A stretch of 64,000 bases of DNA from Thermoplasmata archaeon (GCA_020348445.1 CP070751.1:2412927-2476926); one strand, 5' to 3'; counted from the first letter of the stretch, positions 36,909 to 47,145 are shown. Notes: generated by a model from the letters alone, not told the origin. Translations and numbers: made by a program.

Positions 36909-37661
36909 ATGCTACTGGAACTTGTGGTTGCGGCATTAATCGGGATATCCTTTGGAAATGCATGGGCCTGCATTCTCATGTCCTTTGGAACCTCGGCAGA
37001 GGAACGGAGTGTGGGTAAGTGGTTCATTGCAGGCAGGTTCTTAGGATTGATTCTTCTTGGATCTGTGATTTCCCTATTGAGGTTTGCAGCCCAGGACGTG
37101 ATGCCCATTGTTATTTTGATATTCGGAGTATCAACTCTCCTTTTCGGTTTGTTGATTTTAATTCGGCATTTGATACAAAGCCGATATTATTTAGAGGATA
37201 AAAAAGGCATTTCTGATAATGTTCTGTTGTCTTTAATTTCGTTTTTCATGGTTATACCCAAAGACAGAAAATGCAAAGGCAATCCAAATGGACCCCATGG
37301 GCACAAAAACAAAGGCAGTCATCATAGAAAACAGGGACAATGTAAAAGACACAAGAACTTCACAGAAAAATCTGGATTTGCACTTGGTGTGCTCAGGGGA
37401 GCGACCCCCTGTGCCAAGGTTATAGTATTGACTCCTCTTCTGGTGGCCTTTGGCTTCCCAGGTTCTCTGCCAATTATACTTGTCTATGCCTCTGCCTCCA
37501 CGATCTATCCTGTAATTGGATATCTTTCAGCTGATGTACTTTCAAAATTCGATAAATATCAGTTACATTTCAAAATACTAGGTGCATTCATACTCATTGC
37601 CATGGGTTTGTATTTCATAGTCAAGGTTGTTATGTGGAACTCCACACACATTGGAATGTAA
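36909..37661 (+). CDS. DsbD_2/TauE-SafE-like membrane protein with His/Cys-rich loop, copy B
   Basis: GNAWAC, FIAGRFLG, GVLRGATPCAK; loop KCKGNPNGPHGHKNKGSHHRKQGQCKRH. Confidence 0.75.
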   Translation: MLLELVVAALIGISFGNAWACILMSFGTSAEERSVGKWFIAGRFLGLILLGSVISLLRFAAQDVMPIVILIFGVSTLLFGLLILIRHLIQSRYYLEDKKGISDNVLLSLISFFMVIPKDRKCKGNPNGPHGHKNKGSHHRKQGQCKRHKNFTEKSGFALGVLRGATPCAKVIVLTPLLVAFGFPGSLPIILVYASASTIYPVIGYLSADVLSKFDKYQLHFKILGAFILIAMGLYFIVKVVMWNSTHIGM

Positions 37662-37680
37662 TTTGGTGATAAAAGAAAGT

Positions 37681-38637
37681 GTGAATCATGTGAGAAGACC
37701 CAAGATAAGTGAGTGGCGTTTAATCGTGAACATAGCCTGGCTTTTCGTGATAAACAGCGTGCTCTTCGGAGTTTTTTATTTCAGCACACACCCTTTGACT
37801 AAGAACATATTCTGGCCTAATTTGTCAACAAGGTTCATCGTGAACAATCCCACAACTTCATTTTTATACCAGATCCAGTCACGGTTTGCTAGTGGACAGG
37901 AGACCTATTATGTGGATCTGCTTGTTCCTTTCATGATATTTATTTTATTGGTTGTGATTTTAGGAAGGGTCTGGTGCGGGTGGCTTTGCCCCATAGGTTT
38001 TATACAGAACATTCTGCTTAGGATTAGAAAAGCACTGGGTATTCCATACAAGGATGTGTCCCCCAAGGCCACAATGGTGCTCAACCAGATGGGGTATGTA
38101 CTGATATTTTTGATAGCCTTTTTGTCATTTGCTGTGGGAGTAACTTTCCTGGGAATGCACAATTTTTGGACAAAATCCGAGCTCCCCTTCGAGAGTGTGG
38201 CACCGCCGCGACCAATTTGGATCTTCCTTCAGCAGCTCGTGGGTCTGGAATCCTGGGATTCTGTCATACCTCTCTCTTCTATAATCGTGGCGATCTTGGT
38301 GATCGTTCTATCCTTTAAAATCAGGCATTTCTGGTGCAGAATATGCCCTGCAGGGGCCCTCATGTCTCTTTTAAACCGCAGGGCCCTTGTGAGCATCCAA
38401 AAGGATGGCTCAAAATGCACAAAGTGCAGAATCTGTCTTAGAGCCTGCCCAATGGACATCGAGGAAATATACGAGGAGAAGGAAAAGGACAACGTGACCC
38501 ACGAGACCTGTATCCACTGTTACAGATGCGTGGAGCTGTGTCCCGAAGATGGCTGCTTGAGTGTGACATTCATGAACAAGACTATTGCTACTTCGAAGTA
38601 TCCAAGGGCGCCAAAGCAAAAAGAGGTGGTTGGATGA
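37681..38637 (+). CDS. NapH/MauN-type membrane 4Fe-4S binding protein, copy B
   Basis: GRVWCGWLCPIGFIQ, FWCRICPAG, CTKCRICLRACP, CIHCYRCVELCP. The start is uncertain (GGTGA RBS precedes GTG 37681; track gives 37627). Confidence 0.88.
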   Translation: MNHVRRPKISEWRLIVNIAWLFVINSVLFGVFYFSTHPLTKNIFWPNLSTRFIVNNPTTSFLYQIQSRFASGQETYYVDLLVPFMIFILLVVILGRVWCGWLCPIGFIQNILLRIRKALGIPYKDVSPKATMVLNQMGYVLIFLIAFLSFAVGVTFLGMHNFWTKSELPFESVAPPRPIWIFLQQLVGLESWDSVIPLSSIIVAILVIVLSFKIRHFWCRICPAGALMSLLNRRALVSIQKDGSKCTKCRICLRACPMDIEEIYEEKEKDNVTHETCIHCYRCVELCPEDGCLSVTFMNKTIATSKYPRAPKQKEVVG

Positions 38638-40013
38638 ATTTAATTTCAAAAAAGAAAGGGGAAAAGAACGTACAGGACGAGAAACTTAATCCATTATCGA
38701 GCCTAAAAGCCTCTGAGAAAAGGTATGTAAGTGACAAGATTCTGAACAATTTGGGAATCAAAAAGGAGCAGACCCTCTCAGCTATGAAGAAATTTATAGA
38801 GGACGAAATCAAGAAACTACAATCCATGTCCCAAAGAGCACAGTCCATGGCCTATTTTGACGATATTGCCAGGTATTTCGGAACAAGGGCCGAGGAAGTT
38901 GCGAAGTTCAAGGATGCAGGAGGACATGTGGTTGGTTCTCTTTGCATGTTCGTGCCAAACGAAATTATTGCAGCTTCAGGAGCGCTCCCCTTAAGACTGG
39001 GCAGCGGCTTTCATGAAACAGCAGGTCCTGCAAATGTGATTTTGGGTGATGCAGGATTATGTCCTTTGGTTAAATCCACATTGGGCATGAGAATGGCTGC
39101 ATGCTCTCCTTATTTTGAGATGTGTGATTTGCTTGTAGCCCCGACTCCCTGCGATGCCAAATTGAAGCTGGGGGAAATACTCCAGGATTTCGTACCTGTA
39201 TTGATGCTTAATCTCCCTCGGATAAAGAGCGGAGCTGTGAACCGCAGGCAGTGGGCAGAGGAGATCGGGATTCTCATGGACAAACTGGAGCTCCTCACAG
39301 GTAAAAAGATTAAAAGAAAGGACATGAAAGTAAGTATAGAAAAGTACCAGAGGGCCTATTCTGCTTACAGGGAACTTATGAATATAAGACGCGAGGCTGA
39401 TGTGCTCTGGGGGAGAGACGCTCTTTTGGTAGCCCAATTATCATATTATGACGATATCGAAAGGTGGACACAGAACGTGCATAAGCTGGTTGCTGAGTTA
39501 AAACAGATGAAAGAGGAGGGAAAAACAATAATTTCGGATGAAGCTCCAAGAATCATGCTTGCTGGCTCCCCAATCATCTGGCCAAACTGGAAAATCCCAG
39601 ATATAATCGAGGAAAGTGATGCACTGATTGTGGCAGATGAGCTATGCTCTGCAACAAGGGCACTTTCAAATCCAGTTGTTGTTGATGAGAACACAAAAAG
39701 AGGCATGATAGATGCAGTTATCGAGCGCTATCTATTTCCATGTACATGTCCTTGCTTTTCCCCAAATCTTGAAAGGGATGACAACCTCTTAAACAGGATC
39801 AGGGACTATAAAGTGCAAGGTGTTATATTCCATGTTTTGAAGGGGTGCCATCTAAATGCACTTGATGCAACAAGAATCAAAGGGATTTTAGAGGAAGAGG
39901 GAATTCCAATGTTCACTATAGAAAGCGAGTATGTTATGGGCGACTATCAGCAGATAAAGCTTAGGCTTGAAGCGTTCTTGGAGATGGTGAGGGCGCAGAT
40001 TGACATAATTTAA
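38634..40013 (+). CDS. Double-cubane-cluster-type anaerobic reductase (HGD-D family), copy B
   Basis: ATGA overlap with GAGGTG RBS; SMAYFD, LCMFVP, GLCPLVKS, TPCDAKLK, PRIMLAGSP, DELCSA, CTCPCFSPN, KGCH, QIKLRLEAFLE. Confidence 0.88.
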   Translation: MNLISKKKGEKNVQDEKLNPLSSLKASEKRYVSDKILNNLGIKKEQTLSAMKKFIEDEIKKLQSMSQRAQSMAYFDDIARYFGTRAEEVAKFKDAGGHVVGSLCMFVPNEIIAASGALPLRLGSGFHETAGPANVILGDAGLCPLVKSTLGMRMAACSPYFEMCDLLVAPTPCDAKLKLGEILQDFVPVLMLNLPRIKSGAVNRRQWAEEIGILMDKLELLTGKKIKRKDMKVSIEKYQRAYSAYRELMNIRREADVLWGRDALLVAQLSYYDDIERWTQNVHKLVAELKQMKEEGKTIISDEAPRIMLAGSPIIWPNWKIPDIIEESDALIVADELCSATRALSNPVVVDENTKRGMIDAVIERYLFPCTCPCFSPNLERDDNLLNRIRDYKVQGVIFHVLKGCHLNALDATRIKGILEEEGIPMFTIESEYVMGDYQQIKLRLEAFLEMVRAQIDII

Positions 40014-40107
40014 AATATTGTATATCGTGTTATGCATAATGAGAAGTAAGTAATACTCCCTTAAAATAAGGGGATAATAAATATTGAGGTACGGGATTGT
40101 ATTAAAG

Positions 40108-41163
40108 ATGAAAAAACATATTGCGTGTTTAATAGTGATTATACTAATATCAACCGTTTTCGGGAATTACCCTCAGGTCAATGCAGATCCAGGCACGATA
40201 TCAGTAATTGGAACCCTCCCCTTACCCATCTACAGAGCCTCTTCAATTTGGGATGGGGAAAATGTATACCTCTTTGGAGGAAAGGACGGAACCAAGAGTC
40301 TGAATACCATAGTACGCTACTCTCCAACCACCAACGATGCTAATATTCTTGATGTTGTGCTACCCACAGTAAAGGATGGATCGTCGGCTATTTGGGACGG
40401 CCAGCACGCATACATATTTGGCGGAAACTCAGAAGGGATAAGCACAAAAGAGATTCTTAGATTCGATACCTTATCCGAGGATTTAACGATGATGCAGGCC
40501 GAGCTTCCCTGGGGACTGCAAGGTGCAGGAGCATTTTGGACAGGTCAATATGCATATATTTTTGGCGGTCATGATGAGAATCGGAATTTCCATAAAGAGA
40601 TAATCAGGTATGACCCAAAAGAGGATAACATAACGATTACCGATATTCTTCTTCCCTCGGAAAGGGCCGGAGCCTCTTTGATTTGGAATGGAGAGTTCGC
40701 ATATATCTTTGGTGGGAGATTCATGAGCGTCATACGGGATGAGATATTACGGTTTAATCCTAATGACGGTACTTTAATTAGTATGAATGCGGTTCTACCT
40801 GAGCCGAGATATCATACATCTGCTGCATGGGACAGTTGCTGTGCCTACATCTTTGGAGGCCGAAATGGTTCCTCTGTTTTGGATGATATCCTAATTTATA
40901 ATCCAATTACTGATTCTCTTTTCGTGGAGAAAACCAAGTTCACCAGTGGTAGAGAGCGCACATCTGCAATGTGGATTGGGGATCATGCTTATATTTTTGG
41001 GGGGGAGTCTGGTGCCAATTATTTGGATGAGATAGTGATTTATAATCCTGAGACTCGTGATGAGGATCAAATCACAGAACCGTTTTTGGTTTTCCAATTG
41101 ATAGCCATAGTGGCTGCGATGATCATTTTAATCTGGTTTGTAGGGAGAAGAAAAAAGGAATAA
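40108..41163 (+). CDS. Kelch-repeat beta-propeller surface protein with C-terminal TM
   Basis: Six [AV]Y[IL]FGG...[IL].R[YF].P repeats; signal peptide; TM followed by RRKKE. Confidence 0.88.
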   Translation: MKKHIACLIVIILISTVFGNYPQVNADPGTISVIGTLPLPIYRASSIWDGENVYLFGGKDGTKSLNTIVRYSPTTNDANILDVVLPTVKDGSSAIWDGQHAYIFGGNSEGISTKEILRFDTLSEDLTMMQAELPWGLQGAGAFWTGQYAYIFGGHDENRNFHKEIIRYDPKEDNITITDILLPSERAGASLIWNGEFAYIFGGRFMSVIRDEILRFNPNDGTLISMNAVLPEPRYHTSAAWDSCCAYIFGGRNGSSVLDDILIYNPITDSLFVEKTKFTSGRERTSAMWIGDHAYIFGGESGANYLDEIVIYNPETRDEDQITEPFLVFQLIAIVAAMIILIWFVGRRKKE

Positions 41164-41340
41164 TACACAAAGAATCGGTTTAACAATTCTTAAATACAAT
41201 GAGGGTTATATCCTTTTTGTGCATTAATATAATGAACATATATTTATTTGAACCTTTACAATATAAAGCCCAGAATCAGATATAATAAAACACATATCAA
41301 ATGAATCGAGGGTAAATCTAATATTCGAGGAGGAAATGAT

Positions 41341-44300
41341 ATGCTTGGAGGAACTAAAGTGTCTAAAAGAAGATTTTTTTCTTTCTCAGCAAGTACAATT
41401 CTTTTGATGAGTGCTATGCTGATTGGAATTTCATTTGAAATGCCAAACACCAGTGCGGGAACTGCAAACCACGATGTGGGAGAACTTCAAATTATTTTTC
41501 TCTCAGATTTTGGAAGGATCCTACGGCCGCTTCAATGGCCAAATCCCGGTACCTCCCATACCGTAAGTAACCAAGGAACTGGGTTTTTAGGATTGGTGGT
41601 GGATCAGGCCAATTATGATCATACTCCTGGGTCAGTGGATATTGCTGATTGTTACAAATTCGGTTCCAATAACTACTGGAACCAAGATGACTTCACACCA
41701 ATCTCGTTAATAAACATGACAATTGATGATGGAACAACCCAAAAAAGTATTGCTTCATTTCAGAATACAGGAACCACCCAGGATCCAAACGACATCCTGA
41801 TCAATCAAACATGTTGGACAGTAAAGGACAAGGATTGGGCAATATTACAATGGGATGTGATCAACATTAAAAGCCCAGCTGCTGATATCACCGATTTTTG
41901 CCTAGGTCTGGAGATTGATATTTCGCAATCTGATTGGGGAGTGGATCCATCATATGGTCTAGGTGGGGATAGCGGTGACGACATCGACGGTTTTGATGTG
42001 ACTGAAAATGTCTACTGGGCTTCGGATGATGGTGGAACAACCTTGGGATTTGGCTCGGTATTTGCTTGGGATCCCATCACACATTACTTTTCAAAGGACT
42101 ATCACCCCGGAGATTATAATGAATACAAAACATATTGGGAAAATGAGACTTGGTTGTACAACAGAATTCGTGCTCCAAATAGTGTTGAGGGAGCTTCACC
42201 AGGAAACAGAACATCCACTGTAGGATGGAATGGGAATACGATACCAGCTGGGACATCAAGAACCTTCACATTGGTGATTGCATTAAACAGCACCAAAAGT
42301 AGTATGATAACAGCAATAAAGGATGCTCGATACTACTACCACAACAACATAACAGGTTTTCTTATCACAGAGTTCTCAGATTCTGCAGGATCGCATCAAA
42401 TCGAGGTTTACAATAACGGTCGCGAAGCCACTCCTGCTTCAAATTTAGAATTCTCGGTAGATGGGGGTAGTACATTCTTAACTGGAGTCTGGGACAAGGA
42501 CCCGATCCCAACCTATGAACACGCGGTCATCACTGTCACTGGCGGTGGAACGATCCATGCAGAGGGCGATACCATCAGCCTTTACGAAAATTCTGAGTTG
42601 GTTGATTTGGTGGCTTTTGGGCAGGAAGGTGTGGCACCTGATCCTTTGCCCGGTGAATCAACTGAAAGGCATTATAATTCATCTTCATCAAGCTATACAG
42701 ATGACTGGCTACACCAGGCCCCAACTGGAGATACATTTGGCGCTTACAACAATGTTGGAATTGTGATCAGGTCGCCTGAGGTTGTGCTCAACAGGGTGAT
42801 GTTCAATCCATCTGTACCATCTGAGGGATATGTGGAGTTGATGTTCCTAGGTTTGGGGAGCCTTAATATTTCAGACTATGAGATCATCTGCAATGACAGG
42901 TTCACAATTCCCACAGGAATCGTCCTCAGTAACACAAATAGGTTTTATGTATTCACGTACTCTGACATGCCTACATTTTTCACAAATATGAATTCTGCAG
43001 GGGATAACGCCTATCTCTATGACAGAAATGACAATCTCCTTGATATGGTAGGATGGAACTCCTCGCATACACAAGGTTATTTCATGTCCCGAAGCCCTGA
43101 TGGTACCGGAACCTATCAGGGTTTCAATGATAAAACCTCGGAGGCTGCGGGTTGGGTTTTTGACCAGCAACCTGTTGTTCTGCTGACTGAGTTCTATATG
43201 GATAGCAGTTCAGCTCAGATTGAAATTTACAATCCAAGGGGTGGCGAAAAATTGCTTGATGCCAGATGGAGCCTGGAAAGCAGTGTAAACGGCCCCGGGG
43301 CACTTCCAGGAACCTGGGCGTTGGGTACAATACCTGCCAATGGAGGATACGATTACTTCACCATGAGTCCGGGTCCCACACCTGGAGATGAAGGTGACAC
43401 CATCACTTTATATTACGATCCTGGCTCAGGTCAAATTATAATGGATCAAGTTGCCTTTGGAACACATGGGAAGGCACCAGACCCCCTTGCTGCAGAATCA
43501 ACGTCCCGATACTGGAACAGCACCTCATTGAGTTGCCATGACGAGTGGACAAGGGAAGACACCCCGACTTTTGGTGCTCAAAACGATGTCCCGCCAATTG
43601 ATTACAACTCGAAATTAATATTGAACGAAATACTGTTTAATCCTATTAATCCTGATGACTTTTTTGTTGAACTCTACCTCATATCTGGCACTCTCGACAT
43701 ATCGGTATATAGAATTGTGTGTGATTCTGAATTCGTTATCCCTAGTGGAACAATATTGAGTTCATCCAATCCTTTTTTCTATCTGATTTATTCTATGGAC
43801 TCTCCCTTCTTCGATAACATGGATTCGTCCGGAGATAATGTTTATCTTTACGATCCCAATGGTCGTCTTCTTGATATGGCAGGTTGGAGCTCACAGCACG
43901 AGCAAGGTAAATCAATGCGCAGGATTCCAGATGGAAATGGAACAAGGGATGGATTTGATGATCCAAGTTCAATTGCCGCAGGCTGGGTCTTTGATTGTAT
44001 ACCAACATCCCTTACGCTGCCGCCAGGACCGCCAAGGGATCTTCAGGCAAATCTTGTGACAGATGCAAAGGACGTATTTATTTCTTGGAACGCATCTTTA
44101 GATGACGGTCAGGGAGAAAACGATGTTGAAGGATATACAGTTTATAAGTCTAACACGGGAGTTAACGGAACCTACGAATTTGCGGCCTGGATTTCTGCAA
44201 CAGGGTCTGCATCCTATAATTGGACTGACAAGGATGCAGGAGATGGGGATTGGAACGATTATTTCTATATCGTCAGAGCCAACGACACATCTGATTCTGA

Positions 44301-44820
44301 GGAGCAAAACACAGATAAGGTCGGCAAATTTGTCAATTATTTAGTGAAGAACTGGAATCTGATATCTGTGCCGTTGATTCAAGTGAACACATCGATGGAG
44401 TATGTGCTGCAAACAATAGAAGGGAATTACATCACAATCCAAGGGTACCATGCAGGCAAATCAAGACCCTGGCTTCACTGGCACAAGAACAAACCAAAAT
44501 ATTTCAATGATGACATAGAAATAAATCATAAAGAGGGATACTACATCAGAATGACCAATCCAGACTATCTAATCGTGGCAGGGAGGGTACCATCTGAAAC
44601 TCAGATACCCTTAAAAACAGGATGGAATTTAATCGGTTATCCGTGTCTTATAAACCAAACTCGGGATGATGCATTATCTTCGATTGATGGAAAATACAAC
44701 ATGGTGGAATACTATGATCCTATAAAGGGTAAGGAAGTGAGGCTCGATCCTGGGGATTATATGAAACCCGGACTTGGATATTGGATTCATGCAACCGAGG
44801 ACTGCGTTCTTATCATATAA
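41341..44820 (+). CDS. Exported protein with four lamin-tail-like domains, an Fn3-like domain and the GWNL domain
   Basis: [IL]TEF/LN[RE][VI].FNP...[VI]E[LIV] LTD-like units in ABAB order; tail NWNLISVP...GWNLIGYP...GYWIHATEDC. Confidence 0.83.
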   Translation: MLGGTKVSKRRFFSFSASTILLMSAMLIGISFEMPNTSAGTANHDVGELQIIFLSDFGRILRPLQWPNPGTSHTVSNQGTGFLGLVVDQANYDHTPGSVDIADCYKFGSNNYWNQDDFTPISLINMTIDDGTTQKSIASFQNTGTTQDPNDILINQTCWTVKDKDWAILQWDVINIKSPAADITDFCLGLEIDISQSDWGVDPSYGLGGDSGDDIDGFDVTENVYWASDDGGTTLGFGSVFAWDPITHYFSKDYHPGDYNEYKTYWENETWLYNRIRAPNSVEGASPGNRTSTVGWNGNTIPAGTSRTFTLVIALNSTKSSMITAIKDARYYYHNNITGFLITEFSDSAGSHQIEVYNNGREATPASNLEFSVDGGSTFLTGVWDKDPIPTYEHAVITVTGGGTIHAEGDTISLYENSELVDLVAFGQEGVAPDPLPGESTERHYNSSSSSYTDDWLHQAPTGDTFGAYNNVGIVIRSPEVVLNRVMFNPSVPSEGYVELMFLGLGSLNISDYEIICNDRFTIPTGIVLSNTNRFYVFTYSDMPTFFTNMNSAGDNAYLYDRNDNLLDMVGWNSSHTQGYFMSRSPDGTGTYQGFNDKTSEAAGWVFDQQPVVLLTEFYMDSSSAQIEIYNPRGGEKLLDARWSLESSVNGPGALPGTWALGTIPANGGYDYFTMSPGPTPGDEGDTITLYYDPGSGQIIMDQVAFGTHGKAPDPLAAESTSRYWNSTSLSCHDEWTREDTPTFGAQNDVPPIDYNSKLILNEILFNPINPDDFFVELYLISGTLDISVYRIVCDSEFVIPSGTILSSSNPFFYLIYSMDSPFFDNMDSSGDNVYLYDPNGRLLDMAGWSSQHEQGKSMRRIPDGNGTRDGFDDPSSIAAGWVFDCIPTSLTLPPGPPRDLQANLVTDAKDVFISWNASLDDGQGENDVEGYTVYKSNTGVNGTYEFAAWISATGSASYNWTDKDAGDGDWNDYFYIVRANDTSDSEEQNTDKVGKFVNYLVKNWNLISVPLIQVNTSMEYVLQTIEGNYITIQGYHAGKSRPWLHWHKNKPKYFNDDIEINHKEGYYIRMTNPDYLIVAGRVPSETQIPLKTGWNLIGYPCLINQTRDDALSSIDGKYNMVEYYDPIKGKEVRLDPGDYMKPGLGYWIHATEDCVLII

Positions 44821-44858
44821 CCATGCATCTAATGGCCATTTTTAGTTAGATAGCCCTC

Positions 44859-44874
44859 CAACAAATTATTTATA
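44859..44874 (+). promoter_or_regulatory. BRE/TATA element shared with the 47146 gene
   Basis: CAACAAATTATTTATA is identical at 44859-44874 and 47082-47097. Confidence 0.55.
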
Positions 44875-44912
44875 CCACCCAGTTCATACTAATTGTATCA
44901 AAACAAGGAAAT

Positions 44913-47048
44913 ATGGAGTGGGAGTTTGTTATGAAAGTCCGATGTCTTCAGTTACTTGTCCATTTAGTTGTCTGGCTATTGATTTTGAATGGCTTGATCT
45001 TTTTAGATGCACCCCAAAGCAAGATTTATGATTATCCTGAGGATAACATGGAAAAAGAACCTTCTTCTATCCATAACTCCGGTTTGGGAAGATCTACAAG
45101 AGCAGGCAATGACTGGCCTATGTACCGAGGGGACCTTTTTCATTCTGGTTTTGGCACATCCTCTATTCCATCAAATGACACCCCATTATGGTCAAATACC
45201 ACAGGTAGCGGAGACGGATACGGTTCACCTGCAGTGGCCGACGGCAGGGTTTTTGCCGGTTCTGCAGATGGATATCTTTACTGTTTTGATTTGTATACTG
45301 GGGAGAGATTATGGAGAACGTTTTTATCTTCAGGTGATTTTGGTGTATGCGGCTCTCCTGCTGTCGCAAACGATCATGTAGTTGTTTTCTGTTCAGGTGA
45401 TGATACTGTTTACAGATTAAGAGTATCGGACGGTAGCGAAGATTGGAGTTACTCTCCGGGTAGCGGTGCCTATGGAGGCTCTTCACCAGCAATCAGTAAC
45501 GGTAGAATTTACGTTGGTTCAGGTAATAGATATCTCTATTGTTTGGATGAAATTAGTGGTAATATGATTTGGTCATACAGAACCGATGTGGGACCTTGGA
45601 GAAATTACGGAATACAATCCTCTCCAGCAGTGGCAAATGGAAGGGTGTTTGTGGGTGCCTGTGATACGTATCTCTACTGCTTTAATGAATCCCAGCCCTC
45701 TGCCCCAAATGCAGAATATTTTTGGAGGACCGATCTTTATGATGCCGTATTTGCATCGCCAGCAGTAGCAAACGGGAGGGTCTTTTGTGGCTCTGGATAC
45801 TATGCTTACGGTGAAGGCGATAACTCACATACGATGTTCTGTCTGGATGAACTCACAGGCGAAGTTATATGGAGTTATGTAACAGGAAGTGATATCCTGT
45901 CCTCACCTGCCATTGCCTATGGAAATTGTTATTTCACGTCCACGGATGGCGAGTTGTATTGTGTGGATGCAGAAGATTCAGGACCTACACCTTCATTTGT
46001 TTGGAGCGAGACTGTAGGAGACTCGTGGTCCTCTCCGGCAGTTGCCGATGGTAAAGTGGTGGTTGGTTCCCGTGGCACCAATTCCATATATTGTTTCGAT
46101 GCTCTTTCTGGTGCTTTAATATGGAGCCGTAATCTTGGCAATGACATATACAGTTCTCCTGCAATTTCCGATGGCAAGGTTGTAGTTGGTGTTAGAGGCT
46201 CCCCTGAATCAGTTTACTGCTTTGGAAACTTAACAAGTCCTCCTTCACCCCCTGCACCACCCACCAATTTACAGGCCCAGCTTGTGGGAAATGGAAACGA
46301 TGTAATGGTCTTTTGGGATGCTTCAATAGATGACGGAAGCGGTGATGATAATGTTTTGGGTTATACAGTATACAAATCAAGTGCAGGGGTAAACGGCCCA
46401 TATGATTTCGAGGCATGGGTTTTGGCAACAGATTCTCCAACATATGATTGGACTGATGTTGGTGCAGGGGATGGTGATCTAAACGATTACTTCTACATAG
46501 TGAGGGCTAATAACACAGATAACAACGAGGAGAATAACGTAAGAAAAGTGGGTAAAGTGGTAAACCAACAAGCAAAAGGATGGAATCTCATATCTGTTCC
46601 CTTAATTCAAGCCAGCACCTCAAGAAATTATTCACTTCAAACCATAGAAGGTAATTCTTCGGCTGTACAATCGTATCATGCAGGAAAATCAAAACCATGG
46701 CTTCACTGGAATGATAAAAAACCCGCTCATTTAAATGATGTCAACGATATTACTAATGAAAATGGATATTATATCTACATGGTGAATACCGATTATCTTG
46801 TGACCGCAGGAAAAGTGCCAACCACAACCTCGATATCCCTTTATCATGGATGGAACATGGTGGGTTACCCTTCTTTGGAAATCAGGACAAGAAATGATGC
46901 ACTTTCCTCAATTTCGGCCTCGTACAATAGGGTGATTTTCTTGGATACCCAAAGTGGAAGGGAAGTATTTCTTGGCCCAAGTGATTTAATGAGTCCTGGG
47001 TATGGATATTGGATCCATGTAACTGAGAACTGCGAACTTGTCTTGTAA
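44913..47048 (+). CDS. Exported PQQ-like beta-propeller protein with Fn3-like and GWNL domains
   Basis: RSTRAGNDWPMYRGD; SSPAVA.G.V..G repeats; GWNL tail. The start may be 44931. Confidence 0.87.
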   Translation: MEWEFVMKVRCLQLLVHLVVWLLILNGLIFLDAPQSKIYDYPEDNMEKEPSSIHNSGLGRSTRAGNDWPMYRGDLFHSGFGTSSIPSNDTPLWSNTTGSGDGYGSPAVADGRVFAGSADGYLYCFDLYTGERLWRTFLSSGDFGVCGSPAVANDHVVVFCSGDDTVYRLRVSDGSEDWSYSPGSGAYGGSSPAISNGRIYVGSGNRYLYCLDEISGNMIWSYRTDVGPWRNYGIQSSPAVANGRVFVGACDTYLYCFNESQPSAPNAEYFWRTDLYDAVFASPAVANGRVFCGSGYYAYGEGDNSHTMFCLDELTGEVIWSYVTGSDILSSPAIAYGNCYFTSTDGELYCVDAEDSGPTPSFVWSETVGDSWSSPAVADGKVVVGSRGTNSIYCFDALSGALIWSRNLGNDIYSSPAISDGKVVVGVRGSPESVYCFGNLTSPPSPPAPPTNLQAQLVGNGNDVMVFWDASIDDGSGDDNVLGYTVYKSSAGVNGPYDFEAWVLATDSPTYDWTDVGAGDGDLNDYFYIVRANNTDNNEENNVRKVGKVVNQQAKGWNLISVPLIQASTSRNYSLQTIEGNSSAVQSYHAGKSKPWLHWNDKKPAHLNDVNDITNENGYYIYMVNTDYLVTAGKVPTTTSISLYHGWNMVGYPSLEIRTRNDALSSISASYNRVIFLDTQSGREVFLGPSDLMSPGYGYWIHVTENCELVL

Positions 47049-47081
47049 ATAACCTTTACACTAAAGCCTTTAAATAAAAAT

Positions 47082-47097
47082 CAACAAATTATTTATA
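47082..47097 (+). promoter_or_regulatory. BRE/TATA element shared with the 44913 gene
   Basis: Second exact copy of CAACAAATTATTTATA. Confidence 0.55.
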
Positions 47098-47145
47098 TCA
47101 TTCAAATAATACCATCTTAAAGTAGACAAGGAAGTAATTTAGTGG

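Noticed and set aside
14415-37661. Cytochrome c maturation role for the DsbD_2 proteins
   Set aside because: I saw no CxxCH haem motifs in exported proteins here (CAHCPH is not CxxCH) and no ccm genes.
25526-40013. Calling the two HGD-D proteins the alpha/beta subunits of a 2-hydroxyacyl-CoA dehydratase or benzoyl-CoA reductase
   Set aside because: Each chain has Cys motifs in both halves (double-cubane pattern). The genes are 12 kb apart in separate operons with no CoA-transferase or acyl-CoA genes. A heterodimer is not formally excluded.
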